This document shows positions 21,324 through 31,847 of a DNA stretch of 64,000 nt, in pieces (position 1 is the first letter of the stretch; each line of letters starts with the position of its first letter). The notes beneath the pieces are model-generated. The model worked only from the letters and a program-made list of their open reading frames with translations, was not told the DNA's origin and did no database searches. The translations under genes were made by a program, and so were the position numbers. This DNA comes from Methanotrichaceae archaeon. GTDB taxonomy: Archaea > Halobacteriota > Methanosarcinia > Methanotrichales > Methanotrichaceae. The stretch is from NCBI GenBank assembly GCA_963803145.1, contig CAWDLW010000016.1, positions 64,001 through 128,000 of the forward strand, read 5' to 3'.

Positions 21324-22203
21324 TGGCGTTCAGATTGATGATACATTTGCCGAGGCATTTCCAATAAAGATTGGAAGGGTGCTGGTAACGGCGATAAGTG
21401 AGCGATGGGCGGTCGCGGCTGCACGTGAAGCGACAGGCTTTGGAACCTCGGTCATAGGATGCCCCGCTGAAGCAGGTATTGAAAGCATTGCCAGCGCTAG
21501 CGAGACGCCTGACGGGAGGCCAGGAGCTTACATCCAGATCTGCAACATGGGCTTCAAGAACCTTGAGAATTCACTGCTTTACCGCATAGGCCAGTGCGTG
21601 CTGACAGCACCCACAACTGCTGTATTCAACGGCTTGCCAGACGCTCAGAAGCAGTTCGATACCGGCAAGAAGCTGAGCTTCTTTGGAGATGGCTATCAGA
21701 AGCAGATCGATTATCTGGGCAGGAAGTTCTGGAAGATACCGATCATGTCGGGCGAGTTTCTGATAGAGGAGAACATAGGCGCAGTGGATGGAATCGCAGG
21801 CGGGAACTTCTACATACTTGCGGACAATCAAGCTGCGGCTTTAACTGCGGCTGAGATTGCAGTGGATGAGATCAATAAGCTTGCGGGAACAATAACGCCG
21901 TTCCCAGGTGGAGTCGTTGCCAGTGGATCGAAGGTCGGATCGAAGTATAAGTTCTTGAAGGCGTCAACAAACACATCCTATTGCCCATCTCTGAGGGAGG
22001 ATGGAATATGCGCTCTGCCTGAGGAGATCAAGTCCGGCTACGAGATTGTAATCAATGGTCTCAACCGCGAGGCAATTGAGCAGTCCATGAGGGCTGGGAT
22101 AAAGGCTGCCTGTACAGTTCCAGGAGTAGTCAAGATAACAGCAGCAAACTTTGGCGGAAAGCTGGGGCCTCATCAGTTCAATCTGCAGAAGATATTGGGG
22201 TAG
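21313..22203 (+). CDS. ftr: Formylmethanofuran:tetrahydromethanopterin formyltransferase
   Basis: DTFAEAF, TGFGTSVIGC, TPDGRPG, RIGQCVLT and FPGGVVASGSK. Confidence 0.96.
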   Translation: MEINGVQIDDTFAEAFPIKIGRVLVTAISERWAVAAAREATGFGTSVIGCPAEAGIESIASASETPDGRPGAYIQICNMGFKNLENSLLYRIGQCVLTAPTTAVFNGLPDAQKQFDTGKKLSFFGDGYQKQIDYLGRKFWKIPIMSGEFLIEENIGAVDGIAGGNFYILADNQAAALTAAEIAVDEINKLAGTITPFPGGVVASGSKVGSKYKFLKASTNTSYCPSLREDGICALPEEIKSGYEIVINGLNREAIEQSMRAGIKAACTVPGVVKITAANFGGKLGPHQFNLQKILG

Positions 22204-22307
22204 ATAGGCCCAGTTTTCTATTTTTTGCATGCGATTGTGTTAATTTTAGCGTAATATCCTCAAGCTCTGCTAATGTGATATAACGACCGGCAGAAAGTGT
22301 AAACTGC

Positions 22308-22628
22308 ATGATGCCCATCTCTTTAATAAAGAGGCAGGTTATGAGCGACCAAATTGAAGCAGTGCGCGAAAAGATAATCGATGTTTTGCACAGGAATGAT
22401 GTCAAAAGGGCATCGTTCTTCGGATCAATCGTTAGAGGCGAGATGACGGAGGAGAGCGATGTCGATATACTGGTCGAGTTTGAGGGCAGAAAGAGTCTCC
22501 TGGATCTTGCCCATCTGAAGAACGACCTTGAGGACACTATCAACAGGCGGGTGGATATCCTTACCTACAAATCGCTGCATCCCCGTCTCAAAGATAGAAT
22601 TCTGGCCGAGCAGGTCCCGATAATATGA
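22308..22628 (+). CDS. Minimal nucleotidyltransferase (MNT/MntA antitoxin)
   Basis: FFGSIVRGE...SDVDILVEF...RRVDIL. Confidence 0.9.
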   Translation: MMPISLIKRQVMSDQIEAVREKIIDVLHRNDVKRASFFGSIVRGEMTEESDVDILVEFEGRKSLLDLAHLKNDLEDTINRRVDILTYKSLHPRLKDRILAEQVPII

Positions 22629-22693
22629 AGAAAGACCCCGCGGTCTTCATCGGTCATATAATGGACAGCATTGAGCCCATAGAGAAACCCTAA
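22625..22693 (+). pseudogene. HEPN/DUF86 toxin, 5' remnant
   Basis: MKKDPAVFIGHIMDSIEPIEKP* overlaps the MNT stop. It matches a DUF86 N-terminus (D..FL.HI.DSI..IE); the RxxxxH motif is absent. Confidence 0.75.
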
Positions 22694-22742
22694 TGGGATT
22701 GCCAAGGTACGATTGGGAGATGCTTGAGAGAGATGGATGTAG

Positions 22743-23711
22743 ATGTGCACTCAAAAGATTGGGGATATATGCATATTTGGCGTCGGGGGTGTTGGCGGCT
22801 ATTTTGGAGGCAAGATAGCATACAGCCTGAGCCGGGATTATGACCATCAGTTTCAGGTCTCCTTTATAGCACGGGGGCCTCATAAGGAAGAAATTATTAA
22901 GAGAGGCCTGATTTTAAATACCGCTGAAGAGGGAAGCCTAGTCTGTCGACCCACTTTGATCACAGATGACCTCAGCTCAATTCCTAAAGCAGATTTGATC
23001 CTTCTTTGTGTAAAAAGCTATGATCTCAAGCCTGCCCTTGCTCAGATAGCATGCAACATGAAAGAGGAGTCTGTTATAATTCCCTTGCTTAATGGTGTGG
23101 ATATCTACGAGAGGATACGAGCCGTGATAAGCTCAGGTTTAGTCTTCCCGGCCTGCGTATATATCGGATCCCATATCGAATCCCTGGGGGTGATCTCACA
23201 GGCAGGAGGCGATGGAGTTATTCTCATCGGTCCCGATCCAAATAGCCCCAATGTCTTCCCTAAGAATGTGCTCGATCTGTTCAATGATACAGGCATCAAA
23301 TGCCGGTGGACTGAGAACCCCTATATAGCTATCTGGGAAAAATTCATCTTCATCTCTTCCTTCGGGCTGGTTACGGCCAGCACTGGCAAAGCCATCAACG
23401 AGGTGTTATCAGATAAGAATCTCCTGCAAGAGGTCACAGGAATTATGCATGAATCGATTGATATCGCCCTGAGGAAAGGGATCGAACTGCCAGAGGATAT
23501 AGAAAAGAGAACTCTGGAGAAGGCGAGAGGATTTCCCCCTGGCACAAAGACCTCGTTCCAGAGGGATATTGAGCAGAAGGGTGCAAGAAATGAGGGTGAT
23601 ATATTCGGTGGGGCGATCCTCAGATTGGGAGCGCGATATGGGGTGCCGACTCCGATTACGCGCCGTGTCTATGGCCAAATTGTGCAGAAGTTAACTGCCA
23701 TCGGGGATTAG
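22743..23711 (+). CDS. panE: 2-dehydropantoate 2-reductase
   Basis: GVGGVGG, VKSYDL, LLNG, IWEKF and TSFQRD...NE. Confidence 0.88.
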   Translation: MCTQKIGDICIFGVGGVGGYFGGKIAYSLSRDYDHQFQVSFIARGPHKEEIIKRGLILNTAEEGSLVCRPTLITDDLSSIPKADLILLCVKSYDLKPALAQIACNMKEESVIIPLLNGVDIYERIRAVISSGLVFPACVYIGSHIESLGVISQAGGDGVILIGPDPNSPNVFPKNVLDLFNDTGIKCRWTENPYIAIWEKFIFISSFGLVTASTGKAINEVLSDKNLLQEVTGIMHESIDIALRKGIELPEDIEKRTLEKARGFPPGTKTSFQRDIEQKGARNEGDIFGGAILRLGARYGVPTPITRRVYGQIVQKLTAIGD

Positions 23712-23978
23712 CTTGATATTGCCAGACACTGCAGCCTAAGTCAAGTCTCTGAAACACATCGATTTCCAATAGATGAGATAAATATAATTGGCAATCAAAT
23801 CTCTTCTGCATTGGGGGCAGAAGGATTTCTAGGTGTTCTTTACGGCATCTGCGATGCCAGCAGTTTTGAACGGATTCATGAATTAGTGGAAGACTTACTT
23901 CCTTCTTCCCAATCACAAATGCCATAAATCGTGCAGTAGATTTACAAAGATTGCTCTTATACCTCGCTCAATCTTTGA

Positions 23979-24758
23979 TCACCTGGGCGGGAAATTCCTG
24001 GGATCTATCACAAACCAAGCGCCATCAATTCCCTGACCTTTGGCACCCCCCGGCATAGTATCATTTATATAGCGATATAGCGGCCATCCCTTATACGCTA
24101 TCTGCTTCATGCCATTCGCGCTTGTAAATGTCGTGAAATCCGATTGGTTTAGTCCAGGCATAACTGTGATCACTGGTGTATAGAACGGTCTCCATACTTT
24201 AAGACAGGTGCCTATGCAGCTACTGATGCCGTTCCCACGAAGATCCCCTTTGAAGTAATAAAGTGCAGTGCCGTTTCTGTCTGCCAGGAATTCGCTCAAG
24301 TTAGTGCTATTGTATATGTTTATACTATAATTGTATATGCTTATGCCATAAATGCCGCTGTTTACATTTTTTTCAGACGATTGTGTCAGATTCTTCCCCT
24401 CAAAGGTTGCATTATTATCTGTCGGTGGAGCTATTTGTTTCTTGCTCAGGATGGAGGCATTCGAGTTTATCGGCAATTCCGATTGTTTTTGTTTCTCAAT
24501 AGATCCATTGGGGGCAGCCTGTGAATTCTGTGGACTCAGCAGCATATTCTCTTCCAGGGTTGCATTTATATCTCCTGAGAAATCCAATCTTTGCTCTCCC
24601 TCAGGTGGAGCCGGAGGCGCTGGTAAGGGCTCTAGCTGGATATTCTCATTATCATTAGGCAGCGGTTGAGCATTAGCCATGCACTGCATATATCCAAAGG
24701 AGAAAATGATCGCAGCTAGAACTATTGCCATTTGAGCCATTTTAGACCGCATCCACAT
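23979..24758 (-). CDS. Secreted protein with COG4315 (Lipoprotein_15) repeat domain
   Basis: Signal peptide; G.ALYYF..D...C...C..VWRP and QIAYKGWPLY...GQG..GAW. Confidence 0.82.
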   Translation of the reverse strand: MWMRSKMAQMAIVLAAIIFSFGYMQCMANAQPLPNDNENIQLEPLPAPPAPPEGEQRLDFSGDINATLEENMLLSPQNSQAAPNGSIEKQKQSELPINSNASILSKKQIAPPTDNNATFEGKNLTQSSEKNVNSGIYGISIYNYSINIYNSTNLSEFLADRNGTALYYFKGDLRGNGISSCIGTCLKVWRPFYTPVITVMPGLNQSDFTTFTSANGMKQIAYKGWPLYRYINDTMPGGAKGQGIDGAWFVIDPRNFPPR

Positions 24759-24941
24759 GCTAAATCACACAGAACTTATACACCCTTTAAATTTTTAAAG
24801 GTTTGCTTTCCTAGGGCTAACCTGGCAATGGACGTACTCAAGGATAGCAGTGCTCAACAATAGCAGCAATATTAGCTTATTAGCGGCTGGCATACGCTTA
24901 TCAATTGGGCATGCGAAAGCCTGAGACCAGAGGTAAAGAAG

Positions 24942-25442
24942 ATGCCGGCAAAAGAGATTGAGGAGATGTGCAATAAGATCATTAAATGGCTCAATGAGGA
25001 GGGGATTTTCAAGGAGAGAATCAAAGATGAAAATTTGCAGTTTCATGTTGCTGTAGAGTTTCCCTCTGGCTCCGGGCGCCATCTTAGCGTTATCCAGCCC
25101 AAGAACAGGGAGGACATGATAGTTGTCCTGAGCAGAATAATGCTTGCTGATGTTCATAAGCTTGCCCTTCAGGCCATGCCCAGAAAGGAGCGCATCAAGC
25201 TTCTGTGGAATATGCGCTATGCACTGCTCTTCCAGGAGTCGAGCTTCGAGATGCAGCCCGGGGGCGAGAGCTTGGAGGGCATCCAGTTCACGCGTGAGAT
25301 CTATTACGACGGCTTGACGAAGAACAAGCTTATGGAGGCAATGAGGGAGAACTTCAAATGCGAGCTTTTTGTTGTTTGGAAATTCCAAGAGGTATTCGGC
25401 GATAAACCCGGGCCAGGGCCTGCAGAATCGATGTACTGCTAG
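24942..25442 (+). CDS. DUF2299-like conserved archaeal protein
   Basis: I.KWL.EEG...IYYDGLTKNKLM pattern; GAGG RBS. Confidence 0.7.
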   Translation: MPAKEIEEMCNKIIKWLNEEGIFKERIKDENLQFHVAVEFPSGSGRHLSVIQPKNREDMIVVLSRIMLADVHKLALQAMPRKERIKLLWNMRYALLFQESSFEMQPGGESLEGIQFTREIYYDGLTKNKLMEAMRENFKCELFVVWKFQEVFGDKPGPGPAESMYC

Positions 25443-25495
25443 CTGTTACCACAATCGCATTATTGCTCGTAAAAAAAGAAAAGAGGGACCTTCCG

Positions 25496-26242
25496 CTAGC
25501 TTATCTCGTAGGTCATGGATATGCTTGCGGTAACCTCCATCTGGCCAGGTAGGACTGGTGTTGGGGCTGCTGCAGACACTAAATCATATCTGGCTGCAGG
25601 TGTGGCGTAGCTATATCCTCCTGATATCTCAAGCACGCGTCCAAGCTTCACGCCCGCTGCGTTGGCCATGATCTGGGCCTTTCTCTGAGCATCCTCTATC
25701 GCTAGCACAAGAGCCCTATCCATCTGAGGCTTTGAATCCCTAAGCTGGAAGCTGATGCTCTGAACATTGTTCGAGCCTGCAGCTGTGGCGGCATCGAGAA
25801 TCTTTCCCACTCCCTGGGTATTGTTAGTCATCACAGTGACTTGGTTTGTTGCAACGAACTCTGGTGGCTTTGTTGCATTTCCAGTTACGGTTATTGTTGA
25901 CTGATCATTTGTTGTGGGCAGGGATAGGCTGTAGGTGCTTGTCTGGATATTGGATTTATTTATTCCTGCAGTAAGTAGTGCATTTATGGTCTTATTCATA
26001 AGCTCGGCATTCTGGGTGGCTGCAACTGAGGCGCTTATGTTCCTTGTCTCCACACCCAAGACAATTATCGCCTGATCTGGAGCTGCATCAACTTTGCCAT
26101 CGCCCTGGATTATAATCTTAGATGCATTGTTGATATCAGCCGCAGACCCTGTAGAGACAATAGCCATGAGCAGCACTGATCCTAAAAGCATTATGCAAAA
26201 TCCTTTCATAATTTTTCCCACTAATTGAGTGTGCTCAAACAT
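25496..26242 (-). CDS. SIMPL (DUF541) domain secreted protein
   Basis: G.GKV.AAPDQA..., IQTS, AIEDAQRKA and PGQMEVTASI. Confidence 0.9.
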   Translation of the reverse strand: MFEHTQLVGKIMKGFCIMLLGSVLLMAIVSTGSAADINNASKIIIQGDGKVDAAPDQAIIVLGVETRNISASVAATQNAELMNKTINALLTAGINKSNIQTSTYSLSLPTTNDQSTITVTGNATKPPEFVATNQVTVMTNNTQGVGKILDAATAAGSNNVQSISFQLRDSKPQMDRALVLAIEDAQRKAQIMANAAGVKLGRVLEISGGYSYATPAARYDLVSAAAPTPVLPGQMEVTASISMTYEIS

Positions 26243-26309
26243 TCATAAGGATTATGGTAGGATGCGCAAGATATAATAAAAAAGTGTGGTCGTTGTTATC
26301 CTATTACTA

Positions 26310-26990
26310 TCATGCTATCTCATAGGTCACAATCACATAGGACGTAACATCTACCATTCCCGGCTGAGCCATGCTGATATTAGGATATGCTCCATAATCG
26401 GATATATCCACTACCTTTCCAATACTCACGCCTGCAGCGCTTGCCTCTGCTTCTGCGTTCTCTCTCGCGTTTTGCACGGCACTCTTTTTGGCCTCAGCAA
26501 TTGCATTCTTGGGATTGCTCAGGCTGTAGCCCGTAACTGAAGCATCTGCGCCTGTTGATTTGGCAGCATTGATGACATCGTTTATTCTTTCCTGATCGGT
26601 TGTATTGATTTTGACTGATGCTGACCTAACAACCTTGTTGGCTGAGCTGGATGTAACGTCGCAAATCGAGGTGTTATTGACCAGTCTACAGACTTTGCCA
26701 CTCGATTCGAAGCTTGAAGTGCTACTTGCCTGTCCTGAGAGTATATCCTGCTTATTCACTCCAGCGGCAGCAATTGCATCCTCCGCTCTGTTCAGCTTAT
26801 TCTGGGCATCAGCTGTTGCCAGAGTGGCATTCTGGTTATTGCTTTCAGCGCTCACAGTGATAATAGTAACATCTGCAGGCACCGTCACAGTTCCCTCTCC
26901 ATTTGCTGAAACCGTATTTTGTGCTACACAGGCCGAGACGGCAAGAACTATGATTCCACATAGGATGGCTAATGTTCTCACAATCTTCAT
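26310..26990 (-). CDS. SIMPL (DUF541) domain secreted protein, paralog
   Basis: GEGTVTVPAD, AVQNARENA and PGMVDVTSYV. Confidence 0.85.
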   Translation of the reverse strand: MKIVRTLAILCGIIVLAVSACVAQNTVSANGEGTVTVPADVTIITVSAESNNQNATLATADAQNKLNRAEDAIAAAGVNKQDILSGQASSTSSFESSGKVCRLVNNTSICDVTSSSANKVVRSASVKINTTDQERINDVINAAKSTGADASVTGYSLSNPKNAIAEAKKSAVQNARENAEAEASAAGVSIGKVVDISDYGAYPNISMAQPGMVDVTSYVIVTYEIA

Positions 26991-27128
26991 GATATTCCCC
27001 CGGTAGTTGGTATGTATTGATGGTATTAAAGCAGTCGGTTCGAGTAGGAACTCGAGTCCGGCAAGATTTTATTTGGATTATTTCAAGTTTCGTTTTACTT
27101 TAAGTTTTATTTAAATTATGAACTGAAC

Positions 27129-27151
27129 CACAAAATACTATGATTCTCAGG
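27129..27151. repeat. 23-bp dispersed motif CACAAAAYACTATGATTCTCAGG (copy 1), possible IS/MITE terminus
   Basis: 22/23 identical to the reverse complement of 41335-41357. Confidence 0.6.
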
Positions 27152-27192
27152 CGGCTTTAACCATACGAAGAATAAGAATGATCAATGCAAGC

Positions 27193-28044
27193 TTACTGTA
27201 TGCGTTTGGTTTTTGCCTTTGTGAAAATACGGCATTTCAAGTTGACAGGGATGAATAGGTTTAAGTGCATCAGCAAAAGCTCAGCTCTCCCCAGGAAGAG
27301 GTACCCAGAATCGTTTAATGCAAAATGGAATTTAGATAGGATGCTCGCCTGTGTCTCTGCGTTGAAGTACATCAGTGTGTTTCTGCATATCAAGAGGTCC
27401 AGATGCGGTATTATAGCATCCTGCGTCAGATTATGCCGCCCGAAGATCACAGATCTCCGAAGATCTGGCCTAACGATGAATGTGCCTCCTATAATTTGGA
27501 AGTATTTGTCTCTTAGCGCTGTGGGCACTTTCTCCAGGTCATTCATCGTGTAGCTTGCATGGCGCGCCTGAGCTAAGGCTGCTTCATCTATATCTGTAGC
27601 AAAGATCTTGACATCATCCTTGAATCTTCTCTCGCCTAAGAGTTCGGCCATAAGCATCGCTATGGTATATGCCTCCTCACCTGTAGCACAGCCTGTAGAC
27701 CATATTCTAATGGGATCGTCCTCATTTTTCGATGAGATTATCTTAGGCAGTGATTCCTTTGCCAGGTACTCCCATGCCTCCTTATCTCTGAAGAAGGATG
27801 TGATGTTAATCAGAATAGTATTGAATAGTTCTTGAAACTCATTCGGATGATTCTCTAGGCAGCTCTTGTAATCAGAGATGTCGGAGATGTTGATGATCTG
27901 CATACGTCTGCGAATGCGTCTTGCCAGGCTCTCTCGCTTATAGCCTGTAAAATCGAAGCCACGATTGTGCTTTATGTAATCTAGCAGGGCCTCTAGCTTT
28001 TTCTTGTAATCCTCATCTTCTTTGGCTATTTCCCTGGAGCTCAT
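27193..28044 (-). CDS. cheR: CheR-type protein-glutamate O-methyltransferase (stand-alone)
   Basis: GFDFTGYK, INITSFFRD, IRIWSTGCATGEEAY and DLLICRN. Confidence 0.92.
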   Translation of the reverse strand: MSSREIAKEDEDYKKKLEALLDYIKHNRGFDFTGYKRESLARRIRRRMQIINISDISDYKSCLENHPNEFQELFNTILINITSFFRDKEAWEYLAKESLPKIISSKNEDDPIRIWSTGCATGEEAYTIAMLMAELLGERRFKDDVKIFATDIDEAALAQARHASYTMNDLEKVPTALRDKYFQIIGGTFIVRPDLRRSVIFGRHNLTQDAIIPHLDLLICRNTLMYFNAETQASILSKFHFALNDSGYLFLGRAELLLMHLNLFIPVNLKCRIFTKAKTKRIQ

Positions 28045-28046
28045 AT

Positions 28047-28150
28047 CTATAGATCCTTGATCACAAATGCTATGAGAGCTGTAGATGCTTCATCTGGCAG
28101 AAGACCGAAACAGATTGATTGGGCACCGTATAGCTGCAGATTACATCCTC
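28047..28150 (-). pseudogene. Degenerate remnant of a CheB methylesterase C-terminus
   Basis: Across two frames it reads M*SAAIR...FGLLPDEASTALIAFV*, like the CheB end MPxxAIxxGxVDFVLPxxEIxxxL. It lies directly upstream of cheR. Confidence 0.35.
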
Positions 28151-28404
28151 GAGAGTTTTGTAATCACCTTTTCTTTCCGGTTTCTATATCGTCCATCTAA
28201 TTTGTATTCTACATGCTCATAGCTCTATTGCTGTCCGGGGAGGACAGAACGGTGGCTATAGCCCTATTAGAGTATCAACAATGCTTGAGTTTCGCGAGGC
28301 AAGACATTTTGCTCCAGGTCCCATTCGATTCTCTAAAATATACTCAGAATTAGATTTTGGCCTCAACCATCAGCTTTAACTCCACGACTCGCTTGCATCC
28401 GATT

Positions 28405-29205
28405 ATGAGTAAGATCGGAAAATCCATCAGGTTAGAGCGTATCATTGATCGAAAGACGAGGCGGACGGTCATAGTTCCGATGGATCATGGTATATCAGTG
28501 GGACCAATTGATGGGCTGATCGATATGCCTGCGACTGTAAACAAAGTTGCTGAGGGTGGAGCAAATGCTGTTCTTGGCCATATGGGGCTGCCGATGCACG
28601 GCCACAGAGGCTACGGCAGAGATATAGGCCTAATAATTCACCTCTCTGCATCATCATCGCTCAGCCCAGATCCCAACCATAAGGTCCTTGTGACGAGAGT
28701 GGAGGATGCAATAAGGGTAGGCGCAGATGCAGTCAGCATTCATGTCAATATCGGTGCTGAAGATGAGGCTGAGATGCTAAGGGATCTGGGCAGAACTGCA
28801 AGAACATGCGATCTCTGGGGGATTCCATTGATTGCAATGATGTATCCGCGAGGGACAAAGGTGAAATCCGAGCACAGCGTGGAGTATGTGAAGCTTGCAG
28901 CACGCATAGGCTCTGAGCTCGGTGCAGATATAATCAAGACCAATTATACAGGCTCTCCCGAGACCTTCAAAGAGGTCGTGAGAGGATGCAATGCTCCAGT
29001 CGTGATCGCAGGTGGTCCGAAGATGAACACAGAGAGGGATCTATTGCAGATGGTTTATGATGCTCTGGGCGTTGGAGCTGCAGGAGTGGCTATTGGCCGA
29101 AACATATTCCAGGCCGAGAACCCCACGCTCCTTGTGAGGAAGCTCAGCTCAATAGTCCACAAGGGGTACACTGTGGAAGAGGCTGAAGGTATCAAGCTGG
29201 ATTAA
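28405..29205 (+). CDS. aroA': 2-amino-3,7-dideoxy-D-threo-hept-6-ulosonate (ADH) synthase, DhnA-type aldolase
   Basis: [34 protein letters not shown] and GRNIFQ. Confidence 0.88.
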   Translation: MSKIGKSIRLERIIDRKTRRTVIVPMDHGISVGPIDGLIDMPATVNKVAEGGANAVLGHMGLPMHGHRGYGRDIGLIIHLSASSSLSPDPNHKVLVTRVEDAIRVGADAVSIHVNIGAEDEAEMLRDLGRTARTCDLWGIPLIAMMYPRGTKVKSEHSVEYVKLAARIGSELGADIIKTNYTGSPETFKEVVRGCNAPVVIAGGPKMNTERDLLQMVYDALGVGAAGVAIGRNIFQAENPTLLVRKLSSIVHKGYTVEEAEGIKLD

Positions 29206-29474
29206 CGGCATGTGCCATCAAAGGCAACATACCTCTATCTTTATCAGCCTTGATGGTCTTACTTAAGATATTTCCAGCCTTATCAAAAGACGGTCCAATC
29301 TGCATTATATTTAGCATTGTTATCTATCTTACCTTATATCCGCTATAGCGTCATCGCAAGCATATATTTCCATTGCTCTCTTCTATTAGAAAATCGTACA
29401 GAGGAAGAAATAAATAACATCATATACAAATCTGTAAAGGGATTTGCAATTTTACCATAACCCGGAGTAAGAAC

Positions 29475-29780
29475 ATGAATGAGAAAGAGAATAACCAATT
29501 GATGGTAGGAGTTTGCCCGAGCTGCGGAAAGCCATTCAGAATCGAAAAGGAAAGCGGCGGAGAGGAGTGGAGATATTGTGCAGATGTCTGCATGAACCCT
29601 GCTGCGATACCTACGGGAGTTAGGCTCCAGGCCGATCAGGCAACATACCATTACATAGATGGAAACATGAATGAGTTCAAACGTGATGAATATATTAAAG
29701 TTCACGGCATAGATCCATTGCCCATATGGGAAGCGATCGAGAAATGGCGTGAAGAGCAGATCAAGAAGTGGAAGATGTAA
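29475..29780 (+). CDS. Small hypothetical protein with CPSC...CxxxC motifs
   Basis: 101-aa ORF with GGAG RBS. Confidence 0.6.
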   Translation: MNEKENNQLMVGVCPSCGKPFRIEKESGGEEWRYCADVCMNPAAIPTGVRLQADQATYHYIDGNMNEFKRDEYIKVHGIDPLPIWEAIEKWREEQIKKWKM

Positions 29781-29931
29781 GTATATTGGACATCATTGAC
29801 GAGTTGTGCTTAAAGATTTGTGCTTATAAAAGGCGCAATCTTAACATCTATTTTCATTTTTTCTGCTTTATCGTCCTGCTGCGGACAAGCTAAATATACA
29901 TTCTATAGATACAGCTTCATGAAATGGAAGC

Positions 29932-30283
29932 ATAAACTATAGAAGAATAGGGATCGCAATAGCTCAGGGAGCCATCTTCGGCATAATATGCGTATATGGA
30001 ACGATGAATAGTGTACTGCTATCGCCCATTATCCTCGCGACTATTCTATATGATAGAATTCTCTTAGGCATAGTGATAGGAATCGCCTATGGTCTAAATC
30101 TTCATCCTATTATCAGGTGTGGAGCTCTTGTAGCCATTGTGAGCTTTGGCATAACCATTCCCGTCAGGCGTTGCAGGCGGTGCACTTCTCTTGGGTGCAG
30201 GAATCATCTACGGGGGCATAATAGACCTGATTGCTGCAAAGTTTTTTAAGATTAATATTCTTATAATATTTACCGATTCATAA
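29932..30283 (+). pseudogene. Small 4-TM membrane protein, frameshifted
   Basis: One frame reads INYRRIGIAIAQGAIFGIICVYG...YDRILLGIVIG...ITIP. The continuation SGVAGGALLLGAGIIYGGIIDLIAAKF is in another frame (shift near 30160). No in-frame start is present. Confidence 0.6.
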
Positions 30284-30390
30284 TCCAATAATTGGTCTTT
30301 AAGATAACGGTCTTCTTGTATACAGTGGTTACGTCTGCGTAATGATATCGACCGCAAGGTATATCCACTTCATGCAATATATGAGGAAGC

Positions 30391-31077
30391 ATGAGATATA
30401 TAGCCCTTATAGCACTTACCCTGATATCAGCAGCCATGTTGGCAGTTCTGGTGGAAGGCCAGGATGCAGACAGCTGGTTTGCCCAATCGGCACGGGATTA
30501 CTCCAATGGCTCTTATGCGGTCGCACTTCAGGATATAAACAGGTACTTAGGGCAGAACTCTACGGATGCGAACGGCTGGAGTTTAAAGGGATTGATCCAG
30601 ATAAAGCTGAAAAAGAATGAAGATGCCTTAAACAGCTTCGATAAGGTGACTGAGCTTGACAGCTCCAATGCTCAAGCATGGAATGATAAGGGTCTGTTAC
30701 AGGGCGCGCTTGGAAAAAATGATGACGCTATTGAGTCTATCGACATGGCACTGGAGCTCAACCCAAAGAGCGCAAGCACCTGGTATAACAAGGGACTTGT
30801 GCTGGAAAACATGGGAAGATATAACGAGTCTGTAGATGCTCTTAACAATGCAACCAAGATAGATAGCTCACTTGTTCAGGCATGGACTGAAGAGGGAAAG
30901 ATACTGAAGGCCGGAGGGGACTATGAGGATGCCCTCAAGTGTTTCGATAAAGCGACACAGCTGCAGCCCAGAAACAAAGATGCTTGGAATGCAAAGGGCG
31001 ATGTTCTCACAGCCCTTGGCCAAAGTGACGAGGCAAAGGTGGCCTATGGGATGGCCGGGAAAACTAATGTCAAATAA
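30391..31077 (+). CDS. Secreted TPR-repeat protein
   Basis: Signal peptide; repeated AW.xKG...A...FDKA..L units. Confidence 0.9.
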   Translation: MRYIALIALTLISAAMLAVLVEGQDADSWFAQSARDYSNGSYAVALQDINRYLGQNSTDANGWSLKGLIQIKLKKNEDALNSFDKVTELDSSNAQAWNDKGLLQGALGKNDDAIESIDMALELNPKSASTWYNKGLVLENMGRYNESVDALNNATKIDSSLVQAWTEEGKILKAGGDYEDALKCFDKATQLQPRNKDAWNAKGDVLTALGQSDEAKVAYGMAGKTNVK

Positions 31078-31454
31078 TTTTTATAACATATTTTTATTTC
31101 AGCGTTACAGCGCTGGTTGAATGAAATTGCATTAAACTAGTAAGCGATATCGGGGGATAGTTATTAAGAAGTAACCAAACGATCTCTTTTCTTCACCCGA
31201 TGTTCGTTGGCGTAAATGGGCACAAAATCTTTGATGCTAACATTAAAGGGCTCTTCCGCATAGGTTCTGGGCAAGGTTTGTAGCGTTGATATTAATGTGT
31301 AATTTGAATCAGCCTCGCATTTATCCCTCCTGGATTTCCGATTTTCGGTTTGGTTAGCAGTAAGTTGATAGCTAATAGATTCATGGGTATGGTGGCAATA
31401 GAGAAAAATTCCGCGACCTTAACGTTCTGGAATAGGTTAATGAGGAATCTTATA

Positions 31455-31748
31455 CTACCTCGTTATGTCCGATGTTTTTTGATCCCTCAGCTTATTGATC
31501 TCCTGCTCAGCCTGTGCTTTGACAACAAATGTTCCGTAATGGGGCTTGACTATAGGAAATATGAGATCCGAATCCTCTATCGCTAAAGCTATTGGAGGAA
31601 CTCCCACTAGGTAGCAGTCCTTTAAGACCTTATACCCGGGCTGAACATAATAGACCTCCTTGAAGTTCCTCTGGATAAACTCCCTGGCATCCTTAAAGGT
31701 AGCTCCTTCAAGGAGCACGTCGTGTTTTATATTATCTATGCATTTCAT
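31455..31748 (-). CDS. DUF1894 family protein
   Basis: MKCID...YYVQPGY...GVPPI...KPHYGTFV. Confidence 0.8.
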   Translation of the reverse strand: MKCIDNIKHDVLLEGATFKDAREFIQRNFKEVYYVQPGYKVLKDCYLVGVPPIALAIEDSDLIFPIVKPHYGTFVVKAQAEQEINKLRDQKTSDITR

Positions 31749-31847
31749 ATCTGGCAGGCTCTATAGCATTGCATCGATCACAATCGGAATTATTATAGAA
31801 CTAGGCAGGTAATCTATATCAAGTTATGTCACCCGAGATAAGGCAGA

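Noticed and set aside
24795-25388. Long antisense ORFs (197 aa here; also 20521-21063, 3248-3766, 50290-50796 and 38154-38657)
   Set aside because: They are shadows of well-supported genes on the opposite strand and carry no recognisable motifs.
27030-27065. tRNA T-loop-like GGTTCGAG
   Set aside because: No cloverleaf or acceptor stem can be built.
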